Source: Myxococcota bacterium (GTDB lineage: Bacteria; Myxococcota_A; UBA796; GCA-2862545). Taken from it: a DNA stretch of 55,389 nt. Below the pieces are notes generated by a model, which saw only the letters and a list, made by a program, of their open reading frames with translations, ran no database searches and had not been told where the DNA came from. Position numbers and translations under genes: made by a program. Where the stretch lies: NCBI GenBank assembly GCA_039208735.1, contig JBCCQY010000051.1:1-55389 (forward strand), in the 5' to 3' direction. The stretch's first letter is position 1; every line of letters starts with the position of its first letter. This document shows, piece by piece, positions 52,142 to 55,389 of this stretch.

Positions 52142-52146
52142 TCAGG

Positions 52147-53790
52147 TCATTTATCGCGGGTCAGGGTGACAGCATGGTTGGTCGGCAGGCCCTTGACCAC
52201 GCTTCGGGCTCCGTCCGGCCAGCGCACCGTGAGCCGGTCGATCGCCTCGGCGGAACCGGTTCCGAAGTGCACTTCGAAGGGACCCGTGGAGGCAAATCCC
52301 TGGCCTCCGCCCTGGACGTCACGGAGCAACCTCTGCTCGCCCACCTCGGCGGTGAGCCGTGCGCCGATCGCATGGCGGTTGGGGCCTCCTTGTTCCAAGC
52401 GAACCAGCACCCCGTGGTGGCCCCCGCAGCGGCTCAGGTGCAGCCGTGTGAACCCTCGCAAATCGCGCTTGACCAGATCGAGCCACCCGTCGCGGTTGAG
52501 ATCGGCCAGCACCACGCCGCGCCCCACGCCCGGATTGGCCAAGCCCCAACCAAGCGCCACGTCTTCGAAGCTCGGCTCCTCAAGGCCCCGATCCAGGTAG
52601 ACCGCGTCGCCTTGGTTCGTGGGGTTGTTCCAGATCGGGTTGCCGTTTTGCACGAAGCCAAATTGGGTCACGACGTCGAGATCCGTGTCGTTGTCGAGAT
52701 CACCGAGCCAAGTGCCCCAACCCACCAATTGGTTGCGCTCCCGTACGTTGACGAGACCGCTCGCGGCGGCAGTATCGACCCAGATGCCGCGATCCGGCCG
52801 GCTTTCGAGCAAGGCGTGGTTGGCCCAGTTTGGGATTACCAAATCGAGCCATCCATCGCCATTGAGGTCGCCGGCGGCCAGGCCCATACCGGTCATGGGC
52901 CGCTGAAGTCCGCTTGCATTGCTCTCGTCGAGGTAAAGGGTGCCGCGCTCGTTGAACAGCACCTGGTTGGGTGACTGCGCGCCAAAGTCGTTGACCACGT
53001 ACAGGTCGAGGTCACCGTCATCATCGAGGTCGAGCAGTCCGCCCGCAAAGGTGTAGCCATCGTTCACGGCATTCGGGAGGGCTTGTCGGGTGAACGTGCC
53101 ATCTCCCTCGTTGTGGAACAGGTAGCTTGGCTCGCCGGGTCCCATGTCGGTCTGGCGGGTCCCGGGGCTGTCGTCGACCCACCCATAGTTGCCCACGAAC
53201 AGGTCGAGATCGCCATCGCCATCGATATCACCCCACGAACTGGCCATGGTGCGGAAGCAGCGGTCGATGTCGTCGTCTCGATGATGGGGCCCGCAGGCGG
53301 CCACGCCAGCGGATTCGGTCACGTCGGTGAACCGGCGGCTTCCTTCGTTGCGGAGCAGCCAGTTGGCGCCGTCGATCCGGGAGTCGGGTACGGGCTCGCC
53401 ACGCACCCGCATCACATAGATGTCGAGGTCACCGTCGCCATCGTAGTCGGCGACCGTCGTTCCGGTGGCGAAGGTCACAGCGGCGAAGGTCTCCCGATCC
53501 GCGGCTGCCCAACGGTCGCTCCCCCATCGCGCTTCCATGCCCCCTTCGTGGGGCAGCAACAAGTCGAGCCACCCGTCGCCATCGAGGTCCGCGGCGGTGA
53601 TGCCCCCGGCCCACGTCCATGCGTGCGACACCCGAGGGCCGCCGAGGAGGATCGTTTCGTAGCGGCCCAAGGTCTCTCGCTCACTCGAACGCTCGCACGG
53701 AAGCGGCGTGAGCGTCAGTGTGGTGGGCTCGCCCAGCGAGGAGCCGCATGCGGAAACGACGAGGAGGACAACGGGCACGCGCATGGCCAT
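52147..53790 (-). CDS. CRTAC1-family lipoprotein (FG-GAP repeats plus ASPIC/UnbV domain)
   Basis: Lipobox VSAC; repeated DxDGDGxLD Ca-binding loops; NRHAIGAR...VHFGTG...VRWPDG. Start at 53790 or 53784. Confidence 0.9.
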   Translation of the reverse strand: MAMRVPVVLLVVSACGSSLGEPTTLTLTPLPCERSSERETLGRYETILLGGPRVSHAWTWAGGITAADLDGDGWLDLLLPHEGGMEARWGSDRWAAADRETFAAVTFATGTTVADYDGDGDLDIYVMRVRGEPVPDSRIDGANWLLRNEGSRRFTDVTESAGVAACGPHHRDDDIDRCFRTMASSWGDIDGDGDLDLFVGNYGWVDDSPGTRQTDMGPGEPSYLFHNEGDGTFTRQALPNAVNDGYTFAGGLLDLDDDGDLDLYVVNDFGAQSPNQVLFNERGTLYLDESNASGLQRPMTGMGLAAGDLNGDGWLDLVIPNWANHALLESRPDRGIWVDTAAASGLVNVRERNQLVGWGTWLGDLDNDTDLDVVTQFGFVQNGNPIWNNPTNQGDAVYLDRGLEEPSFEDVALGWGLANPGVGRGVVLADLNRDGWLDLVKRDLRGFTRLHLSRCGGHHGVLVRLEQGGPNRHAIGARLTAEVGEQRLLRDVQGGGQGFASTGPFEVHFGTGSAEAIDRLTVRWPDGARSVVKGLPTNHAVTLTRDK

Positions 53791-53826
53791 CTCACAATAC
53801 GGAGAAGACGCCGAGGAGCGCCTCCC

Positions 53827-54246
53827 ATGGAGATGCCCGAAATCGGGTCCATTGTCGATATTGTGATTGAGATTCCACGCGGCTCGAGGGTCAAGCATCG
53901 ACTCGACGGCAGTGTGGAGTACGCCTCTCCCCTTGCCGTGCCGTTTGACTACGGGTCGGTGCCGGGGCTGCTCTCCGGCGATGGGATGCCGCTCGATGCC
54001 ATCGTTTTGGGCGGCCCACGTCCCGTAGGGACCTGGCTATCGTTGCCCGTGCGAGGCATTGTGCCGTTCGTGGATGCGGGCCTCGACGACCCCAAGCTGG
54101 TGTGCAGCAAGGCGCCGCTCACCTCCGAAGAACGTCGCCTTGTCGAGCGGTTCTTCTGGTGGTTTTCTCGGGGAAAGTGGGTGGTCAATCTGCTTCGTCA
54201 AGGCGATGGTCGAACCCGCGCGGGGGCGCCCACATGGGAGTTTTAG
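53827..54246 (+). CDS. Short, divergent family I inorganic pyrophosphatase-like protein
   Basis: IEIPRGSRVK, PFDYG, DGMPLD, DAGLDDPKLV; start at 53827 or 53833. Confidence 0.78.
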   Translation: MEMPEIGSIVDIVIEIPRGSRVKHRLDGSVEYASPLAVPFDYGSVPGLLSGDGMPLDAIVLGGPRPVGTWLSLPVRGIVPFVDAGLDDPKLVCSKAPLTSEERRLVERFFWWFSRGKWVVNLLRQGDGRTRAGAPTWEF

Positions 54247-54283
54247 CCTCGCCGGTTGCCGAGCTAGCAGGTAGAACCTCAGC

Positions 54284-55389
54284 ATGACCGCGCTGATCTA
54301 CCTGCTCGTCGCCGTCTCTGCGATTTCGTTGGCGACCGAGGCGTTCCTTGCGGACCGTGACGACCCCGCCCGTCAGGCCTTCCTGGGCTTCAGTCTGACG
54401 GTAGGGCTGGCCTACTTCGCCTTTGCGCTTTCGTTGTTGCCGGGGCTCGAGGCGGTTCGGTCCGTTCATGTGTTTGCGACTGCATTGGTGCCCGCCACTG
54501 CATTGTGGACCATCGACCGTGCGTTTCTCCGTGAAGACCCCACGCCAACCCCGGCCATGCGGACCGTTTACGTGGCCGCGTTGCCATTGGCCATTGCCAT
54601 GGGCGGATTTCACGCGGTGCTCTTCGATGGCACCGAGGCGATGCGCTGGCCTTCCTTGGTCGTCGGTGGGTTTGCTGCCTACGGATTTGTCACGGGGCTG
54701 GTCCGGCTGTCCTGGGCCTTGCGAAACACCTCGCTGCGCATCGATCGCAGCCGCATGCGCTACCTCTTCGGGGTCCTGGTCGCGGCCGTCGCGTTCTCGC
54801 TGGTGGAAGGCCTCGCCCGTCAGCTCGTTCCCGCGGCGCCCAGTCAGCTTGCGTCTTGGTCGTCGCGCATCGTGGCCCTCCAGGGACCCATCCCCCCGTT
54901 CTCTACGGTGTTCGTGGGTTTGGGCACCTACTTTCTCTACCACTCGGTGGTGATGTCTCGGCTCCTCGACGTGACGGAGCTGTTTTCGCGCGCGATGACC
55001 GTGTCGCTGTCTGCGCTTGCCTTGGTGCTCACCATTCAGTGGGTGGGCACCATGACCACGACGTACCTGGTCCACTCCACGTTCCACGTCTTTGTGGCGT
55101 CACTGCTCTTTCTTGCGGCGTACGACCCGCTCCGCCAACGCATGGCGCGGCTCGCCAATCGGCTGTTCGACCGTCGCTCAGCCCAGCTGACAGCGGCCCT
55201 CGATCACCTCACCCAGCGCCTGCCCACCATCATCGACGCCGACACGTTGGTCGAGGTTTGCATGTCGACCCTCCATTCGTCGGGCCGGGTTCCGGTGTGT
55301 TCGCTGTACCTCTGGGACGACCGCAAAGACGCGTTTACCTGTGCGGACTCTCGAGGGCATGACCAACCGCCGCTCGCGGTGGTTGCGGA
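54284..55389 (+). CDS. Multi-TM membrane protein, probably the N-terminal part of a sensor histidine kinase (truncated by the window end)
   Basis: Manually translated open frame MTALIYLLVAVSAISLATEAF... with no stop to the window end. About 8-9 TMs, then YDPLRQRMARLANRLF and a GAF-like start (CSLYLWD). Absent from the ORF track; the kinase domain is not visible. Confidence 0.75.
   Translation, partial: MTALIYLLVAVSAISLATEAFLADRDDPARQAFLGFSLTVGLAYFAFALSLLPGLEAVRSVHVFATALVPATALWTIDRAFLREDPTPTPAMRTVYVAALPLAIAMGGFHAVLFDGTEAMRWPSLVVGGFAAYGFVTGLVRLSWALRNTSLRIDRSRMRYLFGVLVAAVAFSLVEGLARQLVPAAPSQLASWSSRIVALQGPIPPFSTVFVGLGTYFLYHSVVMSRLLDVTELFSRAMTVSLSALALVLTIQWVGTMTTTYLVHSTFHVFVASLLFLAAYDPLRQRMARLANRLFDRRSAQLTAALDHLTQRLPTIIDADTLVEVCMSTLHSSGRVPVCSLYLWDDRKDAFTCADSRGHDQPPLAVVA

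Noticed and set aside
52450..53600. Recurring similar DNA segments
   Set aside because: Explained by protein-level FG-GAP/DxDxDG repeats; not a CRISPR array or DNA repeat element.
53083..53826. Upstream extension of the PPase ORF
   Set aside because: Antisense to the CRTAC1-like gene.

Overview
High-GC bacterial chromosomal window that is densely coding (about 43 genes). Several Hanks-type Ser/Thr kinases and TPR/TM proteins suggest a myxobacterium-like (Myxococcota) origin, which is an inference. Housekeeping and transport genes are a Yej/Opp-type peptide ABC importer, acnA, purL, iaaA, an AmpG-like MFS transporter, a Na/Pi symporter, an amidase, two probable sensor kinases and a short pyrophosphatase. 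The 11-26 kb region is the most interesting and has four parts. (i) A nei-photolyase-DUF6958-like repair operon. (ii) A translationally coupled operon of TetR, a heme-oxygenase-like diiron protein, a putative ABBA/PT-barrel protein and a UbiA prenyltransferase, preceded by a tandem palindromic operator; this is the best candidate for an undescribed mini biosynthetic system. (iii) A Fur-box-preceded operon of imelysin, di-heme oxidoreductase, imelysin and an HTTM (vitamin-K-dependent carboxylase-like) protein. (iv) A class II photolyase fused to a renalase-like flavoenzyme. No rRNA, tRNA, CRISPR array or mobile element was recognised. All family assignments come from motif recognition by eye; no searches were run.
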